Source: Mytilus edulis (lineage: Eukaryota). Taken from it: a stretch of 64,000 bases of DNA. Under the pieces are notes generated by a model that was not told the origin of the DNA, did not search any database, and worked only from the letters and a program-made list of their open reading frames with translations. The number at the start of each line of letters is the position of its first letter. Positions within the stretch are counted from its first letter, which is position 1. Below, piece after piece: positions 24,339 through 37,880 of this stretch. The stretch spans positions 64,294,001 to 64,358,000 of the forward strand of contig NC_092344.1 of assembly GCF_963676685.1 (NCBI RefSeq). Direction: 5' to 3'. Both the position numbers and the translations under genes were made by a program.

Positions 24339-24976
24339 TGTAAGATTTGAAATATTCAAATTTTAAATATAAGTTAATTATTTATAAATTGTTTAACTAA
24401 CGTATTCATTTATTCTTGTAAGAATACGAAACACATTTTTGACTATTTATTTATGAAAGCGCTAATGTAACGTTGCGCTCTTTTGAATAACACATTTTCC
24501 CGTTTCTGTTTATGACGTTACGCCTCTGATGTGCGTTTCGTCGTCTAGACTTTATTTGATTACATACGGATGCACATTGTTTTTTATTAGACAGATTATA
24601 GTTCACTTGGTAAGAAACTTTTTATGTATACTATCTTTTTATTACATCAAAACTTATTTAAGGAGAGAAAAAAATGTCTACTATTTATTAGAAATATGCG
24701 TAACTTTTAATTATTATTTTAAACGTAATTTAACTTATGAGAGAACTTATGATACATGAACGAAATGGTTTTTATTGTTTGTTTAGTTAAATGTGAACAC
24801 TTAAACATGTATCTTATTATAATTTATGTATTTTTACTTATGTGAAATTACTCTTTATTTGTAGAGAATCGATTGTTAGCGACCATATGATATTATATAT
24901 GAATAAAAGATAAATACATGATGCAAACTCGCATACTCATCTCTTCGCCCTTAAGTTAACCGATGTGATTCGTACA
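24339..24976 (+). repeat. Putative 3' LTR of the BEL/Pao element
   Basis: PPT ggggag (24333-24338) directly precedes TGTAAG. AATAAA at 24902. Candidate end ...cgtaCA at 24976; the right boundary is inferred because no second LTR is available. Confidence 0.65.
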
Positions 24977-25574
24977 GCAATAATTATCCACTAAAAATAT
25001 TAATCTTATATTAATTCTTTAACCAATATTTAAATCAATATTCTAAAAAGGTGAGAAGCTCAAAGTTTTACGTCCGAGCTCTGGGCAATCTAAACATTGC
25101 TTACCGTTTTGTTTTTCTTCCGTTGTCAATCAACGTAATCACGCCCCATTTCCCGCTATGCAAATCATTTCGCGGAAATAATAGCCGTGAAGACAAAGTA
25201 AAATAATAATAACCTTATTTACGTTTCATCATAAGATATTACCTTATTATACAATTCAGAAATAATCATATACAACCTTATAATGAGCACATACATCTTG
25301 ATAATAAAAAGTCAAGAGATTAATATTTCCAAAGAACGATAACTCAAACGCAAGAGTTCAAGATGTAGATTGGCGAAATTTTTGACACGAACATGAAACT
25401 ATCAATTTAGTTATAAACATCCCTTTTAACGTAAGTTTCAAGAATACACATAAGTTCCACTTTATTTCGTTTATCATGTCAGTTAAAGAGAACCCGATAA
25501 AACTAGTTCAATGTATTACTATTATGTTAATTCCAAATAAATAAAAAGGCTCGCGTTAATTTTACAACACTCTG

Positions 25575-26680
25575 TTTGACGTCTTTACACTAAATCCATT
25601 GGATGTTGGGTGTGTACTGATTAAGACATAATTCATGGGGGCTTGAATATATCGCTCAGGTTGAACTATTTGTCATAAAGGGCCAACTCGTGGTAAAATC
25701 ACGATATATTCAAGCGAGGGGTAAAATATCGGCATAAAGGGACAACCCGTGGTAAAATCACGATTTATTAAAGCCCCCATAAATTATTTTGATTCTAATA
25801 AAACAAATACGGCGATTCTTTTGGATCGAAGCGCTCTAGGTAGAGGCAAATATTTGCCGTTCTCATAAATAAATGCACTATTAAATTGGCGTAAAGAACG
25901 GAGTAAACTGAATTAGTGACATGCTTAAACTATTTACAATAACGTATTTTATAGTTTTGGATGCATTTAAATGATAATTTACTTAAATGTTTTATACGTT
26001 TAAAAAAAAGGCTTATACCACACTTTAACATCGTTTGTTTACGTGTCCTTGTGATGGCTTTCTGTTTCACAAGTGCGTATTCTTACGTCATCGTTGTATG
26101 ACGTCGGGAAGCACATATGACGTTGGAGTACGATCGGAACAGCCCTGAAAATATATTCATATTTTACTACGGTTGTGTACTCATAGCGTTTGAAGGATGT
26201 CATGTAAGAATATGAAATTTAGTCTTACACGCATGATTTTTTTTTATTAACTGTAAGTGACTTTGAACTAGCTGTCAGTAACTTCGAGTTCTCTCAAATA
26301 TAAACTCCAGTGTCTTTTTGTTGTTGGGATATACAAGTACCCGGCCACATCCACTCTGTGTTTTTGTTAGATGTATTTCTTTTTGCATCCATCTGATGAG
26401 TTAAGCCTTTTTCAACTTATTTTTATAGTTTGTTCTTAGTTTGTACTGTAACACCACAGTCCTATGTAAAGGGGGGGGGGGGGGATGCCGCTAATATATT
26501 TAACACCGCCACATTATGTAATGTATGAGTCTTTTATATCTCAGTGAGCCTGACTAATTATGCGGTATGGGCTTTGCTCATTTTTGAAGGCAGTATGATG
26601 ACCTTTAGTTATTAATTTTTGTGTCATTGTGTTACTTGTAGAGACTTGTTTCATTGACAATCATACCACATCTTTTTTTT
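25575..26680 (+). repeat. Copy of the PLE-2 3' tail interrupted by a ~590-bp unclassified element (25622-26215) with an internal inverted repeat
   Basis: Flanks match 17553-18150 colinearly. The insert carries ataattcatgggggctt...aagcccccataaattat and two direct copies of cataaaggg..cgtggtaaaatcacgat. Confidence 0.75.
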
Positions 26681-27755
26681 TAAACTATTCATGCTATATG
26701 AATGAATTTTTATAGTAATAACCTCGTGAGATGGTATCGTAATGGTTTCATTCCTATTTAATGTTAAAGGAATGTCATTGTGTGACGATATACAAATGAC
26801 AGAGTGTGATGTTATTGTAATGACTAAATTTCATGCTTTAGGATAGACTTAGTGTGATGCTATAGAAATTACGAATTGTAATGATATAACTATAATTGTT
26901 TCTTCTGTGGTTTTGTGTTAAATTGATTTTGCTGCTTATGTTTAAAGACAATTCGTTTCGTGCTTCAACCTGGACAATAATTCTGTGTTTGAAGCAGAAA
27001 AACGGGAAATCCATTATCAGGATTGACCATTGTCAAATATTGCTTGTTCATATAAAACTGAGTATACTGTCAATGCAAATTTTGTTTCGTGTTTTTTTCA
27101 CATTAATTATGCCCCATTCATGAGCATTATGTTTTCTGGTCTGAGAGTTCGTTCGTTCATTTTTCCGTCCGTCCGCTTCATGTTTACGTTCTTGCATGGT
27201 CAAGGTCTTTTTTGATGCAGTTGCCGTCCAATCAGCTTGAAACTTACAGACGTTCCCTATGATATGATCTTTCTAATTTAAATGTTAATTTAACGGTCCA
27301 CTGATCATAGAATTTTTTTTTTTTATTCATTCAGCATACTACGACTATAAAAAAAGATTGTATTTACATTAGAAACATATCCGATATCATCCGTGAAACG
27401 GATATCCTTAACGATCAACAAACTTGTGATACACTGATATGACCTAGTGTAGATATATACAGTAATAGTGTTAAACTCTATAGCGATTACTCTATCAAAA
27501 TACGTTTTGTCCTAGTGGAATGCTATATGAAAATGTAGAGTTATTCATTTTGTTGCTACATGTAGCGTAATGCTATAAGAATGACATACAAAAAAGTGGT
27601 AAATGTACGAGTTGCGCAATTAAGGTACGCCTTTGTCCATCAAGTTTATTATATAAAAGGGACATAATTAGACATAGACGTCGCTTTTGATTGATAATAC
27701 TGTTGTCATGGATATGGTTGAGGGTACTACTGATCTTGTTTCATTAAAAGTATAC

Positions 27756-28125
27756 CTGTAGAAAGGGTGGTATGGCATGGCATCTAGCTGTCGATCTCAG
27801 GATATCTTCTTTGTCAAGATTCGTCAAGGACAAAATTCCCTGACGAGGGAAACGATACTGCTCTATCAGTTCCCGATCTGATAAAATGTCTAGCGCTATC
27901 AACGGCTTTCTGAACGTTCTTTCTTTCCTAAACCTTTATCCCCCATTGTGTACCGTCATGAACGCAGACATTTTTCTCTAATTTTGTCGTACGAGTGCTT
28001 GTTACTACTTGTAACTTAACGATCAAACTTACGATAAAATTGTACTTAAGATTTTTTAGGAAACGGTAAAAAACTTACGACCGACGAGATATCTAAGATT
28101 GTTGTACGATTCTTTGTGGAACGAT
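27756..28125 (-). mobile_element. PIF/Harbinger 5' end with first exon of a HARBI1-like nuclease (pseudogene)
   Basis: ATG at 27971: MSAFMTVHNGG*RFRKERTFRKPLIALDILSDRELIEQYRFPRQGIL..RSTARCHAIPPFLQ|gtatac. Upstream cgttccacaaag and repeated cttacga/cgtac motifs resemble Harbinger subtermini. Confidence 0.8.
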
Positions 28126-29744
28126 GGCATTGAATGTAAACACGGAACCATGGAGCTTCCTGGCCATCACGAAAACGCCGTCAATGCTCTATGACGCCAT
28201 CGCCGGTGTGATGCCGTTAACCATCTCTGTGCCATGGGCCACTTTTGGGTCATTTTTTTCGTACTACGTTTAGTGCCACGGGGTCACTTTTTGACCATTG
28301 TTTTTTTTTACTCTGAAGCTGTAAAATGTACTATGACGTAAAGTCATTGTTCTTGCTCCTTTAAAATGCACAAAGCGCGCCAAATTCTTTTAATTCTTAT
28401 AAAATTAAAAAAGGTGCGTGCAAATCATAATTTTACTAAAAACGCATTTCATGAATAATATTTCCTTAAAATAGTAAATTTTTATAATGAATCCGTCCAT
28501 CTCTAAACCTACACATATTTTTTTCGTTACAAAGTAAATACTAAGGGATTCCTTTGCAAAAGGTTGAATGTTGTTACAGTATAGACGTGTCACATAATTT
28601 TTAACAGTTAACTTTGTATTTTTCGGATCACATCTTTTTCTAAATTGGTAGGTTGCACTAACATTCATATTTAAGATGATATTTGAATATATACCTGGTT
28701 TTGTACTAGAAGACATGCTGACTAGTTTCACTTTACGCACAAGGTAAGCCTAATAGAAAGACCAGTTTTTACCCGAAGTTATTATTCTAACTCTTGACCG
28801 ATCGGTCTATTCGTTCACACTTAATTGCCACGTGATTTGCGGAAAAGCAAATACCAATCTTCAAGTTCTGGTTTGACCAGGCCTGATCACGTTTTTTTTA
28901 TTGAGCATTTAAACATATCTTTTTAAAACTGAAAAAACTTCTTATATCAGAATATACGCAACGGTGGGAACATGTAGAGCTGCACCTTCTTTCCATCTTT
29001 TATTCTTTTTTTTTATAGAGCTATAATTGTTACATAAATACCTTTTGTAGACTCATAGTTTTACTTTTTATAGCCTGCTTTTAATTATTTTTTTGTCATG
29101 ACGTTGCCAGTTTACCTTTGGTATTTTCAGCCACCCTGTAAAATGTTTAATTAGTTGTTGAAATTAAAGACTAGACAAACCAGAAGCGTTGACAATATAA
29201 TAATATTTAAGAGAAAATATGACATGAATAATCTATTCTTCAATACACTCATGATTATTCATTCAATCTTTGTGTAAGCCTTTGTTACAGTTTCTACACC
29301 CCGTTTTTGTTCGAGGACGACCGCCAAATCCGTCTCTATCCGAACACACGCAGCAATGTTTATATACTTGGCAATTTTCCGCAAGCTCGTTTTCTTTGGT
29401 TTGTCAGGATGTAACTTGTGCATTCATTTCACGAGATAGCAAGTCTTTGTGTCGTTTGTTTTCTCTTATTTTTAAGTGTGAATTCACATTACTATAAGAG
29501 GTGTCACGGTACTTATCTATCCCAAATTCATGTATTTGGTTTTGAAGTTATATTTGTTATTCTCATAGGATTTTGTCTAATGCTTAGTCCGTTTCTGTGT
29601 GTGTTAAGTTTTGATGTTGTGTCGTTGTTCTCCTGTTATATTTAATGCGTTTCCCTCAGTTTTAGTTTGTTACCCCGATTTAGTTTTTTGTCCATGGATT
29701 TGAGTTTTGAACAGCGGTATACTACTGTTGCCTTTATATAGCAG

Positions 29745-30190
29745 ATAATCGCATGAACATCTTTCTATAATGGATTGTACAAACTGTAGTCCACTCTTGA
29801 CTGGTAGATCAGAAGTGTTTTTACTATACAATATATATGCATTAATTACAATGCGCTGCATGAAATCAAATGCAATTTTCTTCCATACCTTAAATGTTTT
29901 CCTATTGTCAATTTAGTGCGTTACCATCATGTCTGCCAGATCGACCTGCCCATGTTTTTATTGTAAAACTCTAGTACTTGTGGTTTATTTTCATTATTTT
30001 GGGGGTAGCCTTTTCGTGCGACGATAAAATAAGGGCGGATTTCCTTTGAGCCCTTTCACGATATACACACATTAGAATAGATCCCTGTCGAGCGTATATA
30101 AATTCACGTTCTCCTTAAATGGCATGTTTGATCATGTATGGGCATGTATCTGCTCTGTCGAATAGTTCCGGTGAAATAGGTATCTAGTTG
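29745..30190 (-). mobile_element. piggyBac transposase C-terminal fragment
   Basis: KPQVLEFYNKNMG; KTFKVWKKIAFDFMQRIVINAYILY (ORF 29670-29861). Similar to the 3660-4975 relic. Confidence 0.75.
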
Positions 30191-30199
30191 AAAAAGTCT

Positions 30200-31770
30200 T
30201 TTTAGAAATATTTGAAATATGTATATTGAAGTTAAACTTAAAACCAGTAAATCCTAGAAGTTTTACCAAATCCTCATATGATTTAGAAATACCATTAAAT
30301 CAAACACAACCCTTTTATCATAGGTTTTTTGCCAAGAGAGATTGCTTGAAACTTCTCTGGGTTGGTCTGCATTTCATTTGAAGAAAACCACTGATTAAAT
30401 AATTTCTCGAGAGCAAAAAGTACATCGTGTAAGGAATTTTTAGACTGACAAAAGTATTATCATCAGCATAATTATATAAAGAACAGATTTATCATACAAA
30501 AAAAGAACAAATCGTTTATAAAAATATTGAATAGAACGGGTCCAAGAATGGAATCTTTTAGTACCCCTTTAAATATGTCAAGCATTCCACTTAAATTTTG
30601 GTTTACTTTCACACTGTTCACTGTTTTCTTTTTGTTAAAAAAAAACGATATAATATATCAAGTGAGGATTGAGAGAGACTATAGGTTTTTAGTTTCAGTA
30701 GCAGTAAGTCACTGGGGAGACATTCAAAAGTTTTCGACAATTCCATAAGGATAGCTGTAAGGTATTTATGTTGGTCTAAGGCTAATTTTCAAACTTTAAT
30801 CACTCTAAATAAAGTAGACAGACATCCAAAGCCTAATCTAAAATTAAAGGTACCAAAATATGGGTTGAAGATCTTGTCAAAGTACTGTACTAATTGTACT
30901 ATAGCTTTTCAATTTTCTAATACACTATTCTCTTTCTGGATAGGTTCAATTTGAGCTTCCTGAAGACGGTCAAAGAAGGTTGATGATGATAATGAATAAT
31001 TACTAATATCTGTAAGAGGTTTTACTATAGCATATTTCGCAAAATGTTGTATTTAAAGTGAAATACCATCTGATTCCATGTATTCTATGCTGTTTTAACA
31101 TTAATTTAACGTATACGTTTCACAACAACGTCTTGATAAAAAAGGGACAATTAAAACTGTTTAAATCAAAATCTAGAAGATTTGCTCTAATGGCAATAAT
31201 ACTCCGGTGATCATCATCAATCTTTATTTGACTGCTTCCTCTATTCTTCGGAACATTTACATGGTTTACAAAATAGTCCTTAAATATCTCACACACCTCC
31301 TCTTGTTTTGCAATTACAACATTATTTTAAGAGAGGACAGTTTCCTTTTGTTGTACACTTCCTTTATTTGTAAGAAAAAGTTTCATCAGATTTCTTGCCT
31401 GCAGCACACCTCTCTATTACATATTATTTGATGAAAACATGTTTCTTTCTAAATGATGTTCTTTAAAATAAAAACATAACAGATATCTCTTATCACATGT
31501 CATAATTAGTCACCATGAAAGATATAATTGTCATATTTAGATATAATTTTGTCTATATTTTTGGTACAGTCTATTGAAAGGGTCATCTGACATACTAGGA
31601 GGTTTATATATCAGAGAAGAACCATGTTTTGTTTCCAAAAGCTACCTCTATTCATATGGATGATAAAAGGGAATATCTTCTATAGATTTCCATGTAGTAA
31701 GTCTTTAATGGGTTCAAATTTATAACGAATGCTGTTGATGTTCAAATACAAAGACATTAAGTTGCTGATG
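30200..31770 (-). mobile_element. Heavily deleted CR1/L2-group LINE ORF2 relic
   Basis: LNINSIRYK (APE N-terminus, ~31730); AILMELSKTFECLP (DLSKAFD-like); SILGPVLFNIFINDLF; LYNYADDNT (~30460). Confidence 0.8.
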
Positions 31771-32164
31771 ATACTGCTCCGAACTTACTTTTAGTTAGCT
31801 CGTTAAGGACATCTTCGTGCATGTGGCTTCTGCACATGATTTCCAAATATTTACATCTGTCAATCAATCCGGAAATGGTGGTTGAATGACAGGGGAGCTA
31901 AATCAAATCAGCTGTTTCCTCGTTGACTGACAGCTCAAAAATTAATTAGTAAAATATTCTAATATACATGATTTGCAAAACCATCTCTCTTATGTTATTG
32001 GACAGTTCATTATATTCGTGTAAAAACATGTTAATACATTTAATGTGGTGTCCGAAGAGACAATTTCGGACAAACTCCACATTATATAGCCCGCTGAGTT
32101 TTCTTTTTGATGTCCCACATGAATACTTTATTGGGCCTGGATTTAGAGTAATATCACCTTAAGT

Positions 32165-32475
32165 AAATAAACTCATCATAAGATTTTGGATTTAAATTTT
32201 GTATATGCGCCAGACGCGCGTTGTGTCAACAAAAGACTCATTAGTGACGCTCGATAAAAAAAAAAGATAATAAGACCCAAAAAAAGTATTTCCTGAAAGT
32301 TTTGTCAAAAACAGCTTACTAGTATAAGGTAATTTATTCCTGAGGTAGAGAAAAGTCATAGTCTTGTAAACAGTTAATTTATAATCATGACCATATCAAT
32401 GATAATTCATGTCAACACAGAAGTGCTGACTACTGGGCTGTAGATACCTCTGTGGAATAAAAACTCCACTGGCAG
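32165..32475 (-). mobile_element. Retrozyme-like repeat with an inactivated hammerhead (32208-32249)
   Basis: Minus strand cgtca-CTAATGA-gtcttttgttgac-ACAA-cgcgcGTC-tggcg: same scaffold as 12164-12205 with both catalytic boxes mutated. Confidence 0.7.
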
Positions 32476-32516
32476 GTAAAATTGTTTTTGGTACATCGAA
32501 GCTAGGGGTTAGTTAT

Positions 32517-32860
32517 TTATCTGTTGATTTGTGTCAACGGCATCCTCGTCTCGTTTGCAATGGGGACATTTTGCCGTACGGTTGAGATTGAACAAGATGA
32601 AACGGTTGGGGTATCACTAGTGTTAGAATCACCCTGGAGAATGACAGAGTAATTCCTTTTTTGTTGATCCCTATAATCTATATGGTAAGAGTTCAAGCTA
32701 CTTTCACATTTGTGGCCAGTTATTTTCATTATTTCTCTGTCAGAGACACCTGAGTGTGCCAACACCTTGATTGTTGTAGCCCGTACATTGTGATATGTGT
32801 ACAGCTTTGTTAACCCAGCATCCTTTGAAATAGCTTTCATCATGTCGTTTAACATTCTTT
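32517..32860 (-). mobile_element. Crypton-type tyrosine recombinase C-terminal fragment (DUF3504/KCTD1-like)
   Basis: ISKDAGLTKLYTYHNVRATTI..SGVSDREIMKITGHKCESSLNSY: HxxR, GH and catalytic Y present. The N-terminus is missing. Confidence 0.85.
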
Positions 32861-33257
32861 CTCCGTAGGACCTAGTGGTGTAGTGGTGTACTATGTTGTG
32901 TCCGAATCTAAAATATTTATTCTTGGAAGCTGAAAGAAGTATTTAGACTAAGTATTCCGCTTGGCCAATTATAAGTCAAACGATTCGACTAGACAGGTGT
33001 ACTAAGTTTCAAGTTGACGGGACTTTAACTTCATCAAAACTTTACCAAACACTTTAACATGAAGCTTGATTGACGGACAAACAGACGGACGAACGGACAG
33101 ACCTAAAATCAGAATGCAAGTTATTTCAGAAATTTTGACAAGATACGAGTTCTAGTGACTGCATCAAAAATTAGTGTAGTGTGGTTTGATCTTCTATTAA
33201 AGATGTTTTTTTAATATGATTTGCTTAAAGTAAAACAAATTTGTTTATTTATTTAGA

Positions 33258-33706
33258 CCATTACAAAAGCTTGCAGAGTCTTATGATATTCATGCATTCC
33301 ATGGCACAAGAGCTTCTTGTCCTTTACTGTCGTCAAGAAGTGAAGAAAAAAGCAAATCCTAGCTTGACATAGCTTGGTACTTCTATTTGAATGGTGTTTA
33401 TGTCAGAAGTAGTTTTCACTTACTGCATGGCACTCCATGTATTTCTTTGGTTTCAATTTGCCTTTTTATATGGAGACATTTATCCGAGATTCATTTGTCA
33501 GAGTACAATGTCCCCCAGACGTCTCTGCGTTTATTGAAACAAACGAACCTCACAGTGCTTGTGATGATTCAATAGGAGGAGGTGGTGATTTTTCATTCGA
33601 GAACATTTATCGCAAAAGCAAGATGTACATGTGGATGACATCTGGCCTACCTGATAAGAAAAAAAAATGGTTTGAAGGTTGTCGAAACAAAGATAGACTA
33701 GATGAG
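33258..33706 (+). pseudogene. Degenerate transposase-like exon (Academ/DUF6589-like, tentative)
   Basis: ag|DHYKSLQSLMIF..AQELLVLYCR; FFGFNLPFYMETFIRD..GGGGDFSFENIYRKSK..CRNKDRLDE|gtgagc. Recognised only as a recurrent invertebrate TE-associated protein. Confidence 0.4.
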
Positions 33707-34278
33707 GTGAGCTATAAATAATTTATTTATCAGTTTTTATGCACTTCCAATGTTTTGCGAACAGTGGCATTTTATTATACTCAACGATGATTTTGTTTTC
33801 GATCCTATACCTCTACACATAGCATGGACCCAGGAATTACAGTTTTACAATGAGCAGCCAACTCAGAGCCTCTTTTGGTCACTTTGATCCTAATCACAAA
33901 TCCGGTAGCTACTGGGGTCAACTGTCAGCCACTCCTTTAAAAACCTTTCTTGAGTTTGGGTGGCCATTTCTGCCCTCATCCTCGGTTGTGGTCTTGGAGA
34001 CAAAAAACTGATTGTTGTGTCATTGGCTGTGCTGAGTAAACCAGTAGCTATTTAAACATTCTGAAAAACGAAATAAAAAAAATTGAAAAGGAAATAACAT
34101 AAATTTAGATTTTAAGAAAAAAAACCCAGTATACTTCATAAAAAAATACTTGATTAATTGAAATATATATATTGAACAATGAACACAAATATTAATCAAA
34201 ATACCAAACAATTAAACGTATTGATAAATCAAGAACCAAAAACTTTTATTATAAAAAAAACCTCATCATAACTTATTA

Positions 34279-34580
34279 AAACAAGAATGTGTCCCAAGTA
34301 CACGGATGCCCCACTCACACTATCATTTTCTATGTCCAGTGGACCGTGAAATTGGGGTCAAAACTTTAATTTGGAATTAAAATTAGAAAGATCATATCAT
34401 AGGGAACATGTGTACTAAGTTTCAAGTTGATTAGACTTCAACTTCTTCAAAAACTACCTTGACCAAAAACTTTAACTTGAAGTGAACGGACGCACAGACG
34501 GACGAACGGACGCACGAATGAACGGAGGCACAGACCAGAAAACATAATGCCCCTCTACTATCGTGGGTGGGGCATAAAAA
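34279..34580 (-). mobile_element. Helentron-type non-autonomous element (HINE), short copy
   Basis: aacaagaatgtgtcc..gatgcccc at one end; (gacg/aacg) tract and atgcccc..ggggcat at the other. Homologous to 39172-39615; fragments at ~27105-27300 and ~32995-33105. Confidence 0.8.
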
Positions 34581-35400
34581 TACTATCATACGGCATCTCC
34601 TTTGTAATTGTATTAAATGTTGCAGACAATAATATAGTGAGTTAAAAAAAATATGATTATTACATTTAATCCTGGTATCTTTGATGAGTTTGTTTATATA
34701 CATGTTATTTTAATTTATCTATGACTATAATGAACTTTAAAGCACCTATACTATTTACAACATCACATGTACAACTACATCTACAACCTGCTGACGATGA
34801 ATACGTATTCTCGCATGATCTTTCCGAAGACATTGTTAAGGGCCGAATGGTTGTTGTCGTTTTTTTGTTGGGAATTTCAAAGAATTAATAATGTGACAGA
34901 ACTTTAATTATGAGTTGTTTTCGTCGGTCTACAATTACATACTACGCGTGTCCAATAATTCTTTAAAAATTGTATGTTTTTATTATTGCATGTGCAGTTT
35001 CAATTTTATAACACCATTAGTTTCTTGTACTTTTAATGTGACAGTCACTTATGATTTTTATAAATTATTTAACACCACAAATGGAAGTTTTCGAGGGGAC
35101 GATTACCAAAACATTCGGCCAATTGTAAATTTCGGAAGTAGTTCAAAAGTTTTCATAGCTTTTAATTCCTTCCCCCTAGTATCGTTTCCAAAGTGAGTTT
35201 TATTACATGTGTATTTCCATATTAATAAAATGTTGGAAAGAATTACCTAATGTAGATAGAACGGGTGGAACTGACTGAAGATACAAATGACATAATAATA
35301 TACAATTACAGCTCTCGTAGAGGTATCCAAAATGTTCAACCCTGCTGAAGGATATTTCCCTAAAGACTGCAAGGGTTAATAGGGACAGTTGCAGTTTTAA

Positions 35401-35673
35401 GGTGGTACCCAACACTTTAACTAAAATCAGTTTGGCTCGTTTAATTTTCTTAAAATTTTGACAAAGTATTTACTTTGACCCTTTGAAAAAAATATAAAAA
35501 TTTGAAAAAATTTGAATCAACCGTTTTATCAGAAGAATTACACTGGTTATATAGCAGTTTGACAAACAATTATTTTGATCATTGGGAAGCTTAATATTAC
35601 CTTATGAACACAACGTCATTAAAACGTTCTGCTGATTTTACAGAGTTATCTCCCTGTAGTGTTAGGTACCACC
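35401..35673. mobile_element. Kolobok-like MITE, 273 bp
   Basis: TTAA|ggtggtacccaacact ... agtgttaggtaccacc|TTAA; subterminal agttatctccc. Confidence 0.9.
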
Positions 35674-36952
35674 TTAAGCAGATCTTTACTTTTTTGGTGT
35701 TGGTATATACAAGTACCCGACCACGTCCCTGTGTATTGTTAGCTGTATATTTCTATTTGTATCTAACCGGCCACATCCACTATGTTTTTGTTAGATGTAT
35801 TTCTATTTGTGTCTATCTGATGAGTTAAGCCTTTTTTTAACTGATTTACATAATTCGTTCTTATGTTGTACAGTTACACCACTGTCCCAGGTTAGGGGGA
35901 GAGTTTGGATCCAGTTAACATGATTGACCCCGCCACATGCTTTGCTCATTGTCGATGGCCATACGGTGACCTAAAGTTTTTTTTTTATTTCTGTCATTTG
36001 GTCTTCTTGTAGAGAGGTGTTTCATTGGCAATCATACCACATCTTTTTCATATTTACATTTGTATTTAAAAATTGACTCAGTAACATAAACGCCCATCTA
36101 AGCAAGAATGAAGCGTTCTTTTGTCATGTAAACCAAGTATACTGCATGCACTATGATTGGTTGACTGTTCATTGCAAAATGTCCAGTGGCTAATTTTTCA
36201 TGGATGTTTAAGACAAGAAAAACAATGAATACTAAATATAAGTCCTGTTAAAGAGAGGCGACTGATACCAGAAATTAAAAATACACCGACAACGCCAAGA
36301 CTAACCTTAAAAAATCAAGACAAACAATAGTACTGAACAACATTAACCCTTCCAAAAATGAGGGTGATCTTTAAAGCTTTGGAAGAGTAACCAAATCCTG
36401 CAACATCCGTTCTGTTGCTATTATTTAAAAAAAACCATCGCAGTTAAAAGTCTTAATTCGGTAGAACAAATTCGAGAAATGGTGGATGTGTAAGAGGCTG
36501 TCTGGGATGAAGATTTGATTAATTTAGAATCAACTGGGAAAATGAGGTATGTTGGACAGCGTTAGAAATTTAGCCTTGCAACAGGCTACATGCAAATCTC
36601 TCAAAAAGTTGTCCCTAATCTGACCAGACGTGGCTCCGAACTTGTACATCTCGCCTATGTTAACGGATGCTCCACTTTGACACGGCTATGTACTGCCAGA
36701 TAGAAGACCACAAAGCGCGGAACCATATGTTAAGTTCCTAGTCATTATTGATTGTGTTTTTCTTCCTTTTGCGGTGTTTTAGACATAGGTTGGTGTGTTC
36801 TGATGCCAAATAGTAATTCTTTATGGTTAATCTACAATAGTAACACATTAATCGATCTCTAAATCCGAAATAAGGAAAGTATTTTATACTAGTAAAATGA
36901 AAGGACATATCACAACAATTTCATATTTACATTTAGCATACAGTGAGTGCTT

Positions 36953-37880
36953 AGATTCTGCGTACTGATGTTGTTTATCATCTTAACAACGTGTTTTATA
37001 GTTCTTTCATTTGTCTTTGTTCTATTATTAATATTGCTTTTACTGTTGAATGGTTTTATGTGATATTTGTTTGACGTGGATCGGTACTTATACATCTCGT
37101 CAATGTGTTTGTATTGTCTTTCATTTTTTGGTGGTGTGTTTTGTATATGCGACTTTTTGTATTTCTTTGGTTCTTATAACGTGACTCTGTACCTTAAAAG
37201 ATCCCGTCAGTACGATATCTGTTCTATTTTATGTCATTATGATATATTTCTATTATGAATTACAATATACGTTGAACCACAAACGTCAAAATCATCCAAT
37301 CGCGTAGTGGAGTTAACTATTTGTGGATTCTTATAAATTCTATATATAACTTTTGGACAAGTTTTAATCTTGGTCTATTTCTGAAATTTATTCTTACATA
37401 CTTTTGATTTTTTAACCCTGTATGCTAACATTGCCTAGGTAAATTTTAAAATTGTTTGTATGCACATTCAACGACAAATCTATGTGACGTATAAATTTTT
37501 CTGACCTCAGACACAAATCAATAATGTGTTTGTAGATAGATGTTTCTGTGTTCTGTTAAATTGTTCCTTTTAAAATTGTTGTACGGTGATGACTGATGTA
37601 CCCATATTCTGACTATTTTATTTATTGTGTCTGTTTAGTTAACGCATCAATGTAAATACAACGGAAATTGATGAGTGTGTCATCAAAGTGGTGAGAGGGT
37701 TAGTGCTATAAAACCAGGTTTAATCCACCGTTTTCTACATTTAAAAATGCCTGTACCAAGTCAGGAATATGACAGTTCTTGTCCATTCGTTTTTGATGCG
37801 TTTTGTTATTTGATTTTGCCATGAGATTATGGACTTTACGAATTGATTTTCCTCTAAGTTCAGTATTTTTGTGATTTTAT
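36953..37880 (+). repeat. Complete non-coding 3' tail of PLE-1 (5'-truncated copy)
   Basis: The first ~600 bp match 7890-8493. The last ~200-300 bp recur at ~38580-38815, ~11580-11860 (-), ~42005-42105 (-), ~50015-50085 and ~61125-61225. Confidence 0.85.

Larger units (their letters stand above)
18155..24976 (+). mobile_element. Degenerate BEL/Pao LTR retrotransposon (gag-PR-RT-RH-IN, PPT, 3' LTR); 5' end missing
   Basis: Zn knuckles CYNCLKGRHFANNC and CTVSDCNVKHNILLH; protease ALLDDGAD; [39 protein letters not shown]; RNase H KARLAP..SIPRLEL; integrase HETMGH, CVPC, GVDYFG, SDNGT, GAWERMIR. Many stops and frameshifts. Confidence 0.95.

Noticed and set aside
28405-28740. 111-aa minus-strand ORF
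   Set aside because: Non-ATG start, no recognisable motif, and composition consistent with chance in AT-rich DNA.
34780-35395. Possible degenerate minus-strand coding relic
   Set aside because: Many stops and no motif I could assign.
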